From positions 9,548,001 through 9,612,000 of the forward strand of contig JBHGNT010000020.1 in NCBI GenBank assembly GCA_043228905.1: 64,000 nucleotides of DNA, read 5' to 3'. The number at the start of each line of letters is the position of its first letter. The stretch's first letter is position 1. Source of the stretch: Azolla caroliniana (taxonomy: Eukaryota; Plantae; Polypodiophyta). Below, in pieces: positions 37,901 through 50,981 of this stretch. The notes beneath the pieces are model-generated. The model was given only the letters and a program-made list of their open reading frames with translations, had not been told where the DNA came from and ran no database searches. A program made the position numbers and the translations under genes.

Positions 37901-38319
37901 ATCTCTTCCAAGGTATTAGTCATCCTAATATCCGGCGGTATGGGACGTCGGTGGTAGGTTGGCTATGTCTAGATCATAGCTCGGGGGTGGTCGGGTGGAA
38001 CGGGTTCTTCTATCCAATCTATTTTCTTCCTTTTTACTTGATTTGGTCTATTGATTAGTAATAGACTCTTAACAATGGTATCAGAGCTTTTACTAACAAT
38101 TTTTTTGTTGTTTTGATGTTTTTTGCGTGTGAGCGAGGGGGATCTAACAAGGCTCGTCATGCTCTTCTCAGGATCAAAACAACACTCTAAACCCGGTATT
38201 CTTCTTTTTTGATCTCTTCTCTTTTTCTATTATGCGTTCTTTATGGTCGAATCAAATTGGTATTACGTTTTATTCTCTTTCTTTCTACCTCCTACTACGC
38301 TACGATTTTACTTATTATT

Positions 38320-38835
38320 ATGCATCGGGCCGAGCGTGTTTGCACTAATCGCACACGCTCAACTCATGGCCTTTTGCATATTGCGATATATATCCCACTC
38401 TCTCCTCTCTTGAACTCTTACGATAATAATTATTCTTGTGCATTGGGTCGAGCGTGTTTGCTCTAATCGCACACGCTTATCTCATGGCCGTTTTGCATAT
38501 GATGTTGAGTATACCACTCTTCCCCTCTATTGAGCCATCACTTGGCCGATTCTAAGGGATGATGTGGCCTTGACGAGGTGTATGTTGCCTACCTATGCCA
38601 CTCTACTCTCTATTAAGCCATCAATTGGCCGATTCTATGGGATGTTGTGGCCTTGACAAGGTATATGTAGCTTACATATGTCACTTTCCTTTTTAATTAG
38701 CCATCAATTGGCCGATTCTAAGGGATGATGTGGCCTTGACGAGGTATATGTCACTTACCTATGCCACTTTCCTCTTTAATTAGCCATTACTTGGCCGATT
38801 CTAGGGATATGTGGTGGTCTTGAGGAGGTGCATGT
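38320..38835. repeat. Leader repeats: 118-bp unit x2 and 83-bp unit x4
   Basis: TTGGCCGATTCTA at 38542, 38625, 38708, 38791; GAGCGTGTTTGC blocks 118 bp apart. Confidence 0.9.
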
Positions 38836-39806
38836 CAACTACCCTAGGGTTTCGTATCTTAGGGCATGTTTGATTCCATACACCTAATTGTTGATTATTC
38901 TAATTAAATTTTAATTTCATAAGTAGTGTTTCACTTATATGATTTTCTAGTAATTATTATTTACCCGCCCACAATTAACTCTCCTTTTTCCACTTCCTTT
39001 TCATGTATAAAGTATTTACATCGTTTATTTTTAATGTAACCTTTACGTGTAGACTATTTTTTCGTATGGAGTGGCTTGTTGAACGATTTTTTTTCAACGG
39101 GTCATCTAGGTTTAACTCTTATCATCAAGCCTTAGAAAACGAGTAAAACCATATGAGTTCCCTTATTGATGTTTTACTCATGGATTTGAGTATTACATCT
39201 TTGCGCACAACACCGTCATCACTTGTATCAATTTGTGGCTTATGTCACAATTGTGCAAGTTATAACAATCATATTGGGATGTATATGTGCATACCTTGCA
39301 CTTCCCATTTATTTGTGACATTGTTTTTTTCGTAGGTAACACATGGGTTCGTCACTACTTAACTCTTATGAGTAGTGCCTTATTTTATCATTTTATCATC
39401 ACGTTTGCTTATTGCTCGCAAGACTAGAATATTACTTGTGAGTGCACTTGTTTTTTCACGTAATACACTTTCTCGACCATATAATACATGATGGGTTGGC
39501 ATTAATATAAGGCTATCTACGAAATTTCATTGATGTAAGAACCATGGTTGAGCCTCGGGGAGCCGCCATGATTACTCAAGATAGAGATCCGAGAAATACA
39601 TCTTAGCTATGTTTTCCCCCATGGTTTTTAAAACACCATAGTGTTACCATAGTTATCGGATCTCGAATCACATCTCATATGTCTAGAGGGGTAAAGACAT
39701 GAGATACTTTCTTGGATAAAGTTCTTTCAATCAAAATTTCAAGCATTCATTTTGCTTGTGTATTTTCTGAACCTCCTTATTTTATTGCATACCCACAGCG
39801 TGCATC

Positions 39807-42800
39807 ATGGAACAAGTTTTGAACGCAGTTGGAACGATCTCTCCAAATGAGACCTCTCAACCCCAATCCGCATCTCGCACACAAGCTGAGATCACTATTG
39901 AGCAATTGCTCACTACTACCTTGAATCAATTGGCCGAAATGAGACAGGCCAATATGGCATTGGAAAAGAAATTCCAAGAATTAACTATTGAGTCCAAGAA
40001 AGAAGGTGAACCTTCCTTCGTAGTCACGCCTTTCAAGGGAGATAAGAAAGAAAGAACCGAGGAGGCCATTAGCACTTGGCTTGGTCGTTGGGAGTCTCAC
40101 TTTGAGCTTCATCCCAAGCCCGATGCAGTAAAAATTGGTTATGTCGGTCGTGAGTTAGGTGGCCGAGCTGCTGCTTGGTGGCGTGGCCTAAGGACCGCAA
40201 AAAACTTACCCGGAAGGTTTCGTTGATGTTTTTAAGAAACAATTCTTGCAGCCACCTTCTCAAACCGAACAAGCGCAACACTTGCTCACATTGTCTAGTA
40301 AGCCATTTACCTCTCTCGAGGATTATGTGCATCACGCTCGGACCCAGATCCAAAAATCGGGACTTACGGGTGAGAAATGGTTTGTCGCTTGTTTTTTGAA
40401 TGGTATTCCCAATGGGGATTATCATTGGATTGTCCATGACAAGGACCCCACAACTTTCGAGGAAGCCGTCAACATTGTGCTGAGATACCATAGGACTTAC
40501 AAGAAAGACCACAATAAACCTGAGTTCGCCAAAACTCCGAATGTCAAGTTCATTGGGAAACGTAAGCAATCCAGTGACACTCTTGACCGCGACTCAAAGA
40601 AACCGAACCTCTTCTGTGCATATTGCAAGAAGCGGGGCCACACAAAGGATACTTGTCGTCGTCTTGAGAGGAAGTCAATGAACACCCCTCCTCAAGACAA
40701 ATCTACGAGTCACACAGGTAAGTCTTTTGATATTGTTGAAGTTCATACCAATCACTTAAGTTTATGTGAATGCACTTTTCCTTCACATTTACTTGGACCT
40801 AATGATTTACTCCGAGCAGTCGGATATATCAATGGAACACAAGCACATTTCTTGTTTGATTCCGGTAGTTCTCACAATTTTCTTAATGATCACTTTGTGC
40901 AGCAAATGGAGCTCCACATAAACGCAAGTGATCATATCTATCAAGTTCACATGGCAAATGGAAACGTTCAATACATCAGTGGCATTGTTTGTCAACTGCC
41001 AATTCAAATAGATACTTATTTGGAGAAGCTTGACTTTCATGTTATGAAATTACAATCCGCAGATGTCATTTTAGGATATCCTTGGTTTTTTAATAAAAAC
41101 CCTTCTTTGTCCATTGATTGGGTTAATCACTCAATCACATTTGAACTTAATAATTGTAAACATTTTATTCAATGTTCCAAACTTCCTTCTCATTCACTTG
41201 TGTCTTCTAAATCTTTAAGTGAGTATTCTAGTTCATTAATTTATTCGTGTGTAATTGATCCTGCGGTTCAATTTTATTATTTTAATATTGACACCACACA
41301 ATTACCACATTTTGAGCAACGATTACTCGACTCTATTTTAGAGGATTTTCAAGATGTGTTTCCTACTGAATTACCGCTTACTTTACCACCTAAACGTAAT
41401 GTGGACCATCAAATTGAACTCATCCCTGGGGCTGCTCCTGTGAGCATTCCACCTTACCGACTTAGTCGATTAGAAGAGGATGAGATCGCTAAACAACTTA
41501 AGGAATACTTGAGTATGGGCCACATTAGGTATAGTAAATCACCTTGGGGTGCGCCAGTTCTATTAGTCAAGAAGAAGGAAGGTTCGTGGCGAATGTGTAT
41601 CAATTATCGCCGTTTGAATAAAATGACAATTAAGAATGCATATCCATTACCTCGTGCCGATGATTTGATTGATCGTTTGCACGGGGCTCGATATTTTACG
41701 AAAATTGACTTACGAACTGGTTATCATCAGATTCGCATCGCCGAGGATGATATTCCTAAAGCCGCTTTTCGTACGCGCTATGGCCATTATGAGTTTTTAG
41801 TCATGCCGTTTGGGTTGACTAATGCTCCAGCCACATTCCAACAAGCGATGAATGATGTTTTCCGAGATCAACTCGGTGATTTTGTTGTCGTCTTCTTGGA
41901 TGATATTTTGATATATAGCCGTACCTTGCAAGATCATGTTCAACATGTTTGATTTGTTTTGCGAAAGTTGCGTGACAACTCTTTCTATGCAAAACATTCA
42001 AAATGTGACTTCTTCCAAAAATCTATTGTGTACCTAGGTCATTTAATTACAGAAAATGGCGTTGAAATTGAACCTTCTCGTATTGAAAAGGTTAAACTTT
42101 GGCCCATTCCTCGTAATATTCGTGAACTTAGATCATTCTTAGGGTTTGTTGGATTTTTACGAAAATCAATTCGTAACTATTCCAAATTGACTACGCCATT
42201 AACTGACCTTTTAAAAGGTCATCCACGTAAGTCTGTCAAACCAATTTCATGGAATGAACAACTTGACAAATCATTTGAGACACTTAAGGAGCATGTGTGT
42301 CAGGCTCCCAATCTTCTATTACCAGACCCTTCTAAGCCTTTCTCAATTGAAACCGATGCTAGTGATTATGCTATTGGTGCCGTTCTTTATCAAGGTGGTC
42401 ACCCTATTGCTTTTGAAAGTAAGAAGCTTGATGCTGCTCAATCTCGGTATTCGGTTCAAGAGAAAGAGTTGTTTGCGGTGATACACGCACTTAAAACATG
42501 GAGGCACTATCTCTATGGAAATAAATTTGTGGTTACAACAGACCATCAATCATTAAAGTATTTTTGTGACCAGCCCGATCTTGTTGGTCGTAAATGCCGT
42601 TGGGCTGACCTTATGCAAGATTTTGATTTTTCCATACGATATCGCAAGGGTTCTATGAACACCGTTGCTGATGCTCTTAGTCGCATTAAAGAAGTTAACA
42701 TGCTTAGCTTCACGGAAATAAAATCTGATCTTTTAGATCACCTTCGAGGGAAATACCTTGATGACAGTTATTTCTCAAAATACTGGACGAAAGCCGAATC

Positions 42801-44203
42801 TGGTTTAGATGCCGATACTAGCACCCTAACCTCGAAGGCGACCTTTCACATTACAAACGGTTTGCTCTACTGTAGTGGAAAGGTCTATGTTCCAGATTTA
42901 CCAAATGTTAAACAGAAATTTTTTCATGAATGTCATGATGCACCATCTGCTGGTCATCCTGGAATACAACGCACACTCGTTCTCATCTCGTGTACTTTTT
43001 TTTGACCTAAGATGCGCTCTGACGTGCATAAATACGTAACTCAATGCTTACAATGTCAGATTAATAAGTCGGAGCAACTTAAAGCTGCTGGTCTTTTACA
43101 TCCCTTAGATATTCCCAACAATAAATGGGAAAGTATCTCGATGGATTTTATTGTTAGTTTACCTCGTACACAGAGGGGTCATGATGCCATATGGGTTGTC
43201 GTTGACAGGCTAACAAAATTAGCTAGATTTATTCCTACAAAAACCACGGTAACCGCTCAACAGTTGGCTTATCAATTTGTTGATGAGTTATTTCGTTTTT
43301 ATGGATTACCGATGGATATTGTTAGTGATCGAGATTCCAAGTTTACTAGTGACTTTTGGACTCAGGTCTTTAAGAAACTAGAAACTACGTTGAGCATGAG
43401 TTCCGCAGATCATCCTCAGTCTGATGGACAAACTGAACGAGTTAATCAAATTATTGAGGACATGCTTCGAGCTTATGTAGCAAAAACCCCTTCTAAGTGG
43501 GAGCAATACCTTCCTATCTTAGAATTTGCCTATAATAGCTCTAAACATACATCCACTGGATATAGTCCTTTTATGTTGATGTATCGTTTTCAGCCACGTG
43601 CCCCAGTTGATGTCACGATTCATCATGATACATTAGACAGTACACGCAATTTTTTGCAAGACATGAACCAAATGTTGCATATTGCCAAAGAAAATGTCAA
43701 GACAGCTCAAGATCGTGCTCGATTTTATGCTGATCAGGATAGACGTCCTCGTGCATTTACTATTGGTCAAAAAGTTTTTTTGCGTGTCCCGACTGATTCT
43801 ACGTCATTATCTACGGGCAAGTGCGCTAAGTTAGCCCCACGATATTGTGGCCCATTTGAAATCCTTAAGCGAGTTGGGTCATCTGCTTATCACCTTGCCT
43901 TACCTCGTAACGTTGGTATTCATCCTGTTTTTCACGTCAATCGTCTAAAACCATTTTTAGGCTCTGGTGATAACACCATCACAATCCAAGATCTTGTAAC
44001 ATTAGAGGATTTTTTCTTACAAACCTCATGTTCCTGAACGAATTCTTGATTCTCGTACTAAACGTTTACGTTCTAAAGAGATTCGGCTATTCAAGATCAA
44101 ATGGATGGATAAACCTATTGATGATGCCACATGGGAACGCGAGCATTCGCTTAAGGCACAATTTCCTCACTTTATATTGCAAGAGTGCAATCTTTTGAAG
44201 TAG
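39807..44203 (+). pseudogene. pol: Gag-pol with group-II chromodomain; two stops and two frameshifts
   Basis: [54 protein letters not shown]; stops at 41950-41952 and 43003-43005. Confidence 0.93.
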
Positions 44204-47200
44204 GGGAGTATGTTATGTACACATAACGTTGGTGAGGGTAGGTCACTAATATTTACATTAGTGAAGGGTATGTTCACTATTATTGAAAAGGGGACTAATG
44301 ATTGGATAGAATGAATGATATGTGCATGCACTATCATGATTTAGACAACCAATGAATAGAGAGCCTTTTAGAAAGGCACATCTATTCAAGGGGCCTAGGA
44401 AAAGGTATAAATATGAGGCTTAGCTACCCTCATAAGATCATCACATCGGAAGGCTGCTGTCGTAGACACCGGTGGTGCGGGCTAGGCTTTCGTCTCGACG
44501 ATCGTGTTTATCTCTTCCAAGGTATTAGTCATCCTAATATCCGGCGGTATGGGACGTCGGTGGTAGGTTGGCTATGTCTAGATCATAGCTCGGGGGTGGT
44601 CGGGTGGAACGGGTTCTTCTATCCAATCTATTTTCTTCCTTTTTACTTGATTTGGTCTATTGATTAGTAATAGACTCTTAACACTACCATCCTCAAACCG
44701 ATGGGCAGGCAGAACGAACAAACCAAACGCTAGAGCAATATCTCCGGTGTTTCCTGAGTTATCAACAGGACGATTGGGCCGAGGTTCTCCACTTTGCGGA
44801 GTTTGCATATAATAATGTTGTTCACTCCTCGACTCGAGTCTCCCCATTCTACGCTTATACCGGTTCTCATCCTCGTTGGTCGGTGATCGACACCCCGGAG
44901 CTACCTACCAATCCTCGTGCCGAGGATCATTTGGAGAGACTACGCAAGATCCAAACAGATCTCTCGACTCATCTTCGTCATGCTCAACAGACACAGAAGA
45001 CTTACGCAGATCGTCATCAGCTTCCCTCCTCTTTTGCCATCGGAGATCGAGTATGGCTCTTACGTCGTCACATCAAGACTACTCGACCGTGCGACAAGTT
45101 GGATTATCGACGACTCGGTCCTTTCCTTATTACGGGTAAAGTTAATGATGTCACATTCCGCCTTGATCTCCCTTCGCAGCTTCAGATACATCCGGTTTTC
45201 CATTGTTCTCTTCTTGAACCTTATAAAGCAAACACCATTCCCGATCGTGTTACACCACCGCCGCACCCGCTGGAGTTGGACGCCAGCCCGGAGTATGAAG
45301 TTGCTGCCATCCTCGATTCCAAACTTATTCGCAACAAACTTTATTATTTGGTCGATTGGGTTGGTTATAGTCCGAGCGAACGCACTTGGGAACCTGTCGA
45401 GCATGTTGCCAATGCTCAGGATCTGCTTGCTGATTTCCACCGAAAGTATCCGGACAAACCCGGTCCGCAATCAGCGCCGACTCGTTCCACTCGTCGTCTT
45501 TAAGGGGAGATAGTGTCATGAGATGGCAAGACTCGAACCCATGACCTTATGGTATATGGGTCGAGCTCTTAACCATCACACCATCTATTGTAATTCATAG
45601 GATATTATTTTCATTTATGTTTTATTATAAGAAAGTAATGTATATTTCAGATTTCTCTGGAACATTCTAGAAGTTTCAGGATTACTCTTGACAACACTAT
45701 AAAAGAAGGCACTAGGCATTATGTCGAACCAAATTGGTTCAACGTCAGTCTTAAGCCTCTCAGTCGCTTTGTACTTATCTTTTCACATAATATATTAGTT
45801 GTTGTCATCATCTTTCTCTCTCTCATCCTCGCTATATCTCTCTCTCTCTCCTCTTCTCACTTCCTCTCTCGGGAATATTACGCAGTCTCGTCCTCTTAGT
45901 ACTAATAGTACTGCTCTTCTTAGTACTAATTCCATCTCTGCTTTAGTACTATTCCTGCTTTAGTACTATTCCCGCAACAACATGATGGTCGACACGAGTC
46001 TGACCGGAATCGGTTGGTGTCATGAGATGGCAAGACTCGAACCCATGACCTTATGGTATATGGGTCGAGCTCTTAACCATCACACCATCTATTGTAATTC
46101 ATAAGATATTATTTTCATTTATATTTTATTATAAGAAAGTAATGTATATTCCAGATTTCTCTAGAACATTCTAGAAGTTTCAGGATTACTCCTGACAACA
46201 CTATAAAAGAAGGCACTAGGCATTATGTCGAACCAAATTGGTTCAACGCTAGTCTTAAGCCTCTCAGTCGCTTTGTACTTATCTTTTCACATAATATATT
46301 AGTTGTTGTCATCATCTTTCTCTCTCTCTCATCCTCGCTATCTCTCTCTCTCTCTCCCCTTCTCACTTCCTCTCTCGGGAATCTTACGCAGTCCCGTCCT
46401 CTTAGTAATAATAGTACTACTCTTCTTAGTACTAATTCCATCTCTGCTTTAATACTATTCCTGACAGTTGGGTGATCAATCAGGAGGATGAAGCTGGAAT
46501 ATGGTTCCCCATCCGGTTCAGTGTGAAGGTGCTGAGAGAGTGGCAATGATGATATGCCCAAGTTAAACGCGAACTGTGGGGTGTCGTTTCGGCAGTCAAG
46601 GCCGACAAAAACTATCCGATCGGGATAGAAGTGATCATCGAGATGGATTGCTTACTATGAAAGGGTTTTTAGAATCTAAGCCATTGAACATTAGAAGAAT
46701 ATAAAGTATGGATAATTCACATTTGGAGGCTAAGAACACGAACCAAGACCTTAGGAAGAAGTCAAAAGTAAAAGTAAGAGACCAAGAGAAAAGTAAAAAG
46801 AGAAAATGTAGACCATAAAAAATAGTAAAAAAGGAATGGTCATAACTCCTTCGTTTTTCACCCAAATTTTATGTTTAAATATGGGTTAGAAATATTGTAA
46901 AGAGAGATATCTATAACTTTTTAAATCACTAAATTTGGAGCTCGGATGAGGGAGATATGACGAGGTAGCTAAAAATAGGAGATAAAAAGCTTCTAAAAAT
47001 AGCGTGAACGAGGAAGAAGAAGAAAATTATAAAAGAAGAAGTAGGGGTTCTAATAGAAAAGGGGTACTAATAGAGAAAGGATCCTAATAGAGGGGGAGGA
47101 GTCTTAGGAAGAGGTATCTTAGTGGAAGAAGATGGTTCTTAGTAGTGGGTTTGAGTGATGGGTAGTAAGAAGGTCTTTGATTTTTGTAGAAAGTAACGTG

Positions 47201-47575
47201 CGGAAGCAAGTATGAAGACCGAACAAAAGGAAGGAAACTCAAGTTCAATGGAGAGCTTGAGCTTACACGGTATACACGGGAGAGACAGAGAGAGTGAGAG
47301 AGAAGACACACAAAAAACTATATTCAACAATAATACTCAGTCTGTACATAAGACGTGCTCAGTGAACACTTTTATACAAGTCCTAGAAGGACTGACCGAA
47401 GTACTGACAGTACTTCAATGCTCATCAAGAGCTCCTACACTAACTCCCAAATATATTCCTCACGGAATATCTTTCCTAACGACCTCCCGGTTTACGCACT
47501 CGGCCTAACCGATCGGTCCCAACCGATCCGGTCCTCGGCTTCTTCAGCCGAACCAGCCGATGTTGAGCTTGTCTC

Positions 47576-50319
47576 TCAACACTCCCCCTCAAGCTCAACT
47601 TGAGGCTCTTCGGGATCCTCGGGCTCACAGCTCCGGTTCCTCCTGGCTTCACGCCTCGCTCGCGCTCCTCGACCTGTTCGACTCCACGCGCTTCGACCCT
47701 TTCGGTCGGCTTGTCTGCTCATGCGGCCCTTATCAGCTCTTCTGCTGTTGCGGTGTCGACACTTCTTCTGCTGCCTTTTCTTCCGCTTGGGCCTCGGTTG
47801 ATTCAACGTGTCTGAATCAAACATCCGAACCGACTCGGCTACCTCCGATCGGTTTTCGCTCTCGTCCGAGTTGGTTGTCTCCAACTCGTCTTCGGTCTTC
47901 TCGTCCTTGATTGCGTCATCTCCCCCATGCGTGGTTGGCTTCGGCTCTCTCCTTCGGTTGCTCCCCTTCTGTCCGCTTTTGGACTTTTCCGTGGGTCCGC
48001 CCTCGGCTTCTTCAACCGACCCGAACTCGAACTCCACAACCGAGTCTACCGACTCGGACTCGATGTCGCGGTCTCCGCTCCTTTCCTGCTGCCTTGCTTG
48101 GTCGTTCGGGACTGTTCTCCCCCTCAAGGTCGGCACATCAAGGTGACGCAACCCGAGCGCACCTGAGAATTGCCGCAACTTGTCCAGACCAAGAGGCTTG
48201 GTGAAGATGTCGGCAGTCTGCCGATCCGTCGGAACGTACTGAAGTTCGACTTCACCGGAAAGGACACGCTCACGGACGAAATGGTAGTGCACCTCAATGT
48301 GCTTGGTCCATGCATGGAAAACGGGGTTCTTCGCGAGCTGGATGCTGCTAAGGTTGTCGCAGTAGATCGTCGTCGGATCTGACACCTCCACTTGCAGGTC
48401 CTTAAGTAGCTGCTTCAACCATATGGCTTCGCATGTCGCGACAGCCGCTCCTCGGTACTCAGCTTCGGTGCTCGACAGTGCAATTGTCGGCTGCTTCTTA
48501 CTGCTCCACGCGATCGCGGCACTCCCGACGGAGAATGCGTATCCGGACGTGGATCGGCGATCGGCGGCGTTGCCAGCCCAATCAGCATCGGTGTAGCCAA
48601 CTAACTGCACGGCTGCACCGGTCCGATATAACAGTCCTCAGTCCTTAGTGCCACTTACGTACCGCAGTACGCGTTGCGCACACTGAAGGTGCTCCTCGGT
48701 AGGTCGCGCCATGAACTAACTGATCACCCCGATCGTATAACTGAGGTCGGGTCGGGTGATGGTCAAGTATATGAGGCTTCCGACAATTTGTCGAAACCTC
48801 GTCGGGTCGTATACCTTTCCCGTATCGGGACGAAGCTTGATGGTTCTGTCCAGAACAGTCGAGACGGACTTACAGTCGGCCATCCCGAGTTTGAAGAGCA
48901 TACCCAGCACGTAATGACGTTGGCTGATCAATATGCCTTCGAGGTTACGGATCACTTCGATCCTGAGGAAGTAATGAAGTCCCCCAGATCTTTCATGTTG
49001 AACGATGCCGCAAGCTGGAGCTTCACGTGGTTGATTTCACCTAGGTCGGCGTCGGTGATGACCAAGTCATCAACATATAGTAAAATACTAACCGGTCCGG
49101 GTCGACCTTTCCGGATGAACAGGGAAGAGTCCGATTTTGACGTGACGAAGCCCATCCGACGCAGTTGTTGTGTGATCTTCGCGTTCTAGGCACGCGGGGC
49201 TTGCTTCAGTCCGTAAAGGGACTTCTTTAGTCGCCATACTGCCGAGGAGTTCATTCCAGAGTGAAATCCGGGGGGCTGTACCATGTCCACCTGTTCCTCA
49301 AGGTCACCTTGTAGGAACGCATTCTTTACATCCATCTGATGTAAGTGCCACCCCTTGGCCGCGGCTACTGCGAGCAAAACACGGACGGTCATCATTTTCA
49401 CGACCGGCGCAAACGTCTCATCGTAGTCGATGCCGTGTTTCTACGCGTAGCCCTTTGCCACTAGCCGAGCCTTGTACCGGTTGACCGAGCCATCGGTGTT
49501 GTACTTGACCTTGTACACCCACCTACACCCGATCGGTTTCACCCCTCTTGGTGCGTCAACTAGGTCCCAGGTCTCGTTCTCCGCCAATGCGTGCATCTCT
49601 TCTTCCATCGCGGCACGCCAATTCGCGTCTTTAGCCGCTTCTGCGTAGCTCTCTGGCTCACGCACTTCCACTATACGGGTCATGTACGCATAATGATGCG
49701 CCATGTACTCGTTGTACCCGAACCGCAAAACAGGATTCTTCTGGCGGGTAGATCGGCGTAATCTCACATTAGCCGATGTCGAGGTCTTCTCGGTTGACAC
49801 GGTCTTTACCTTTAAAGACCCGTCACCAGTTCCCTCAGAGTCGGACTCGCGTCGGTCTGACTCGTTCTTATCGGTGCCGGAATCTGACACCTTCTTCTTC
49901 CCATTCTCTTTGCGCGTAAGCCGTCTCCTCGGCTTCTTGCGCAGGGAATGCACAGCCGAGTCTCCACTACTCACCGGCTCTTCGTCGGACTGGTCATACC
50001 GACTCAGTTGTCCAATCGGTCCACTTAACCGGAGTGAAATCGGACTCTCTTCGCGGGTCTCAATTTCGGGCTCATTCGGAGGCATCTCAGCCTCGCTGAC
50101 CTCATCGTCAGAGCTCGGATTGGGGTCAGGGTTTGGAGTCGGGGGCAAGTACCAGGACGCAGACTCGTCAAACACAACGTCACGGCTGACACGCGATTGT
50201 TTGGTGCGAGGGTTATAGCACATATAACCCTTCTGCTCATCCGAGTAACCGACCAAGATGCATTTCTCGGCCTTTGCGTCCAACTTCCTCCTTTTCTCCT
50301 TCGGTACATGCACATACGT
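47576..50319 (-). pseudogene. pol: Copia INT end, RT, RNaseH and ~180-aa charged extension
   Basis: [41 protein letters not shown]. Confidence 0.93.
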
Positions 50320-50981
50320 TGTCATGCCCTTCGGCTCCGGATCGTTGCGTGAGTCGGGTGGGAACCGCCGAGGTTTTTGACTAGGAGGAAGAGGAATACA
50401 ACTTAAGGCTAGCTATGAATAGTGGAAAGAGAAGTAAGATAGCAATCTCGTGAATCTCACGAGTTTAGTGTAATTAAAACAATATTTAGATTATAAGAGC
50501 AATTAGATGGCAAAATTCGTGAATCCCACGAATATATTAGATTGATCAAAAACTTGTATATTAATCAACAACCATATACATATTTTTCTCCTCCTTATAT
50601 AAAGATGGAAGAGGCTAAGCATGGCTTCATGCTTTTTCACCTAAAGTGCCCATGCACACTAAATGTGCATGTGATGCTTTGTCATTTCCTAAATATAGGG
50701 CTCATGCACGCTAGATGTGCATGAGTCACTTTTAATGTCACGTGTAAATAAAATATTCACACTCTAAAGAATACATGATTTTTACCTTTTAATAAAGGTA
50801 TGTGTAAATAAAGGTCTTATACGTATTAAATCTATATTTATAACACTAAAGATAAATTATTACAATGGTAAAGTTGGGGTTTATCTACGTGGAGGTGCAT
50901 GGTTCAAATCTTGCCCTATGCACGTGATAAATTCTTTTGATATATTATTTATTTATTTATATGTATCTAAAATCGGATATA

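Larger units (their letters stand above)
37602..44683 (+). mobile_element. Full-length iMet-primed chromovirus (Reina/Tekay-like), TSD CTACC
   Basis: LTRs 37602-38074 and 44211-44683 (473 bp, one difference seen); PBS 38076-38087; PPT ~44198-44210; TSD at 37597-37601 and 44684-44688. Confidence 0.96.
34573..45503 (+). pseudogene. pol: Gag end plus pol (PR-RT-RH-INT-chromodomain), split by the nested element at 37602-44688
   Basis: CLYCGGSGHIAINC; LLDSGA; YLDD; EADASD; GPF; group-I chromodomain EYEVAAILD..YYLVDWVGY..TWEP; several stops and frameshifts. Confidence 0.92.
33895..46466 (+). mobile_element. Tcn1-like chromovirus with three direct LTRs (A 33895-34341, B 45514-45957, C 46018-46466) and an inverted LTR fragment (34344-34572); TSD GTTGG
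   Basis: LTRs TGTCATG..CTGACA; TSD at 33890-33894 and 46467-46471; PPT AAGGGGAGATAG; no tRNA PBS. Confidence 0.9.
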
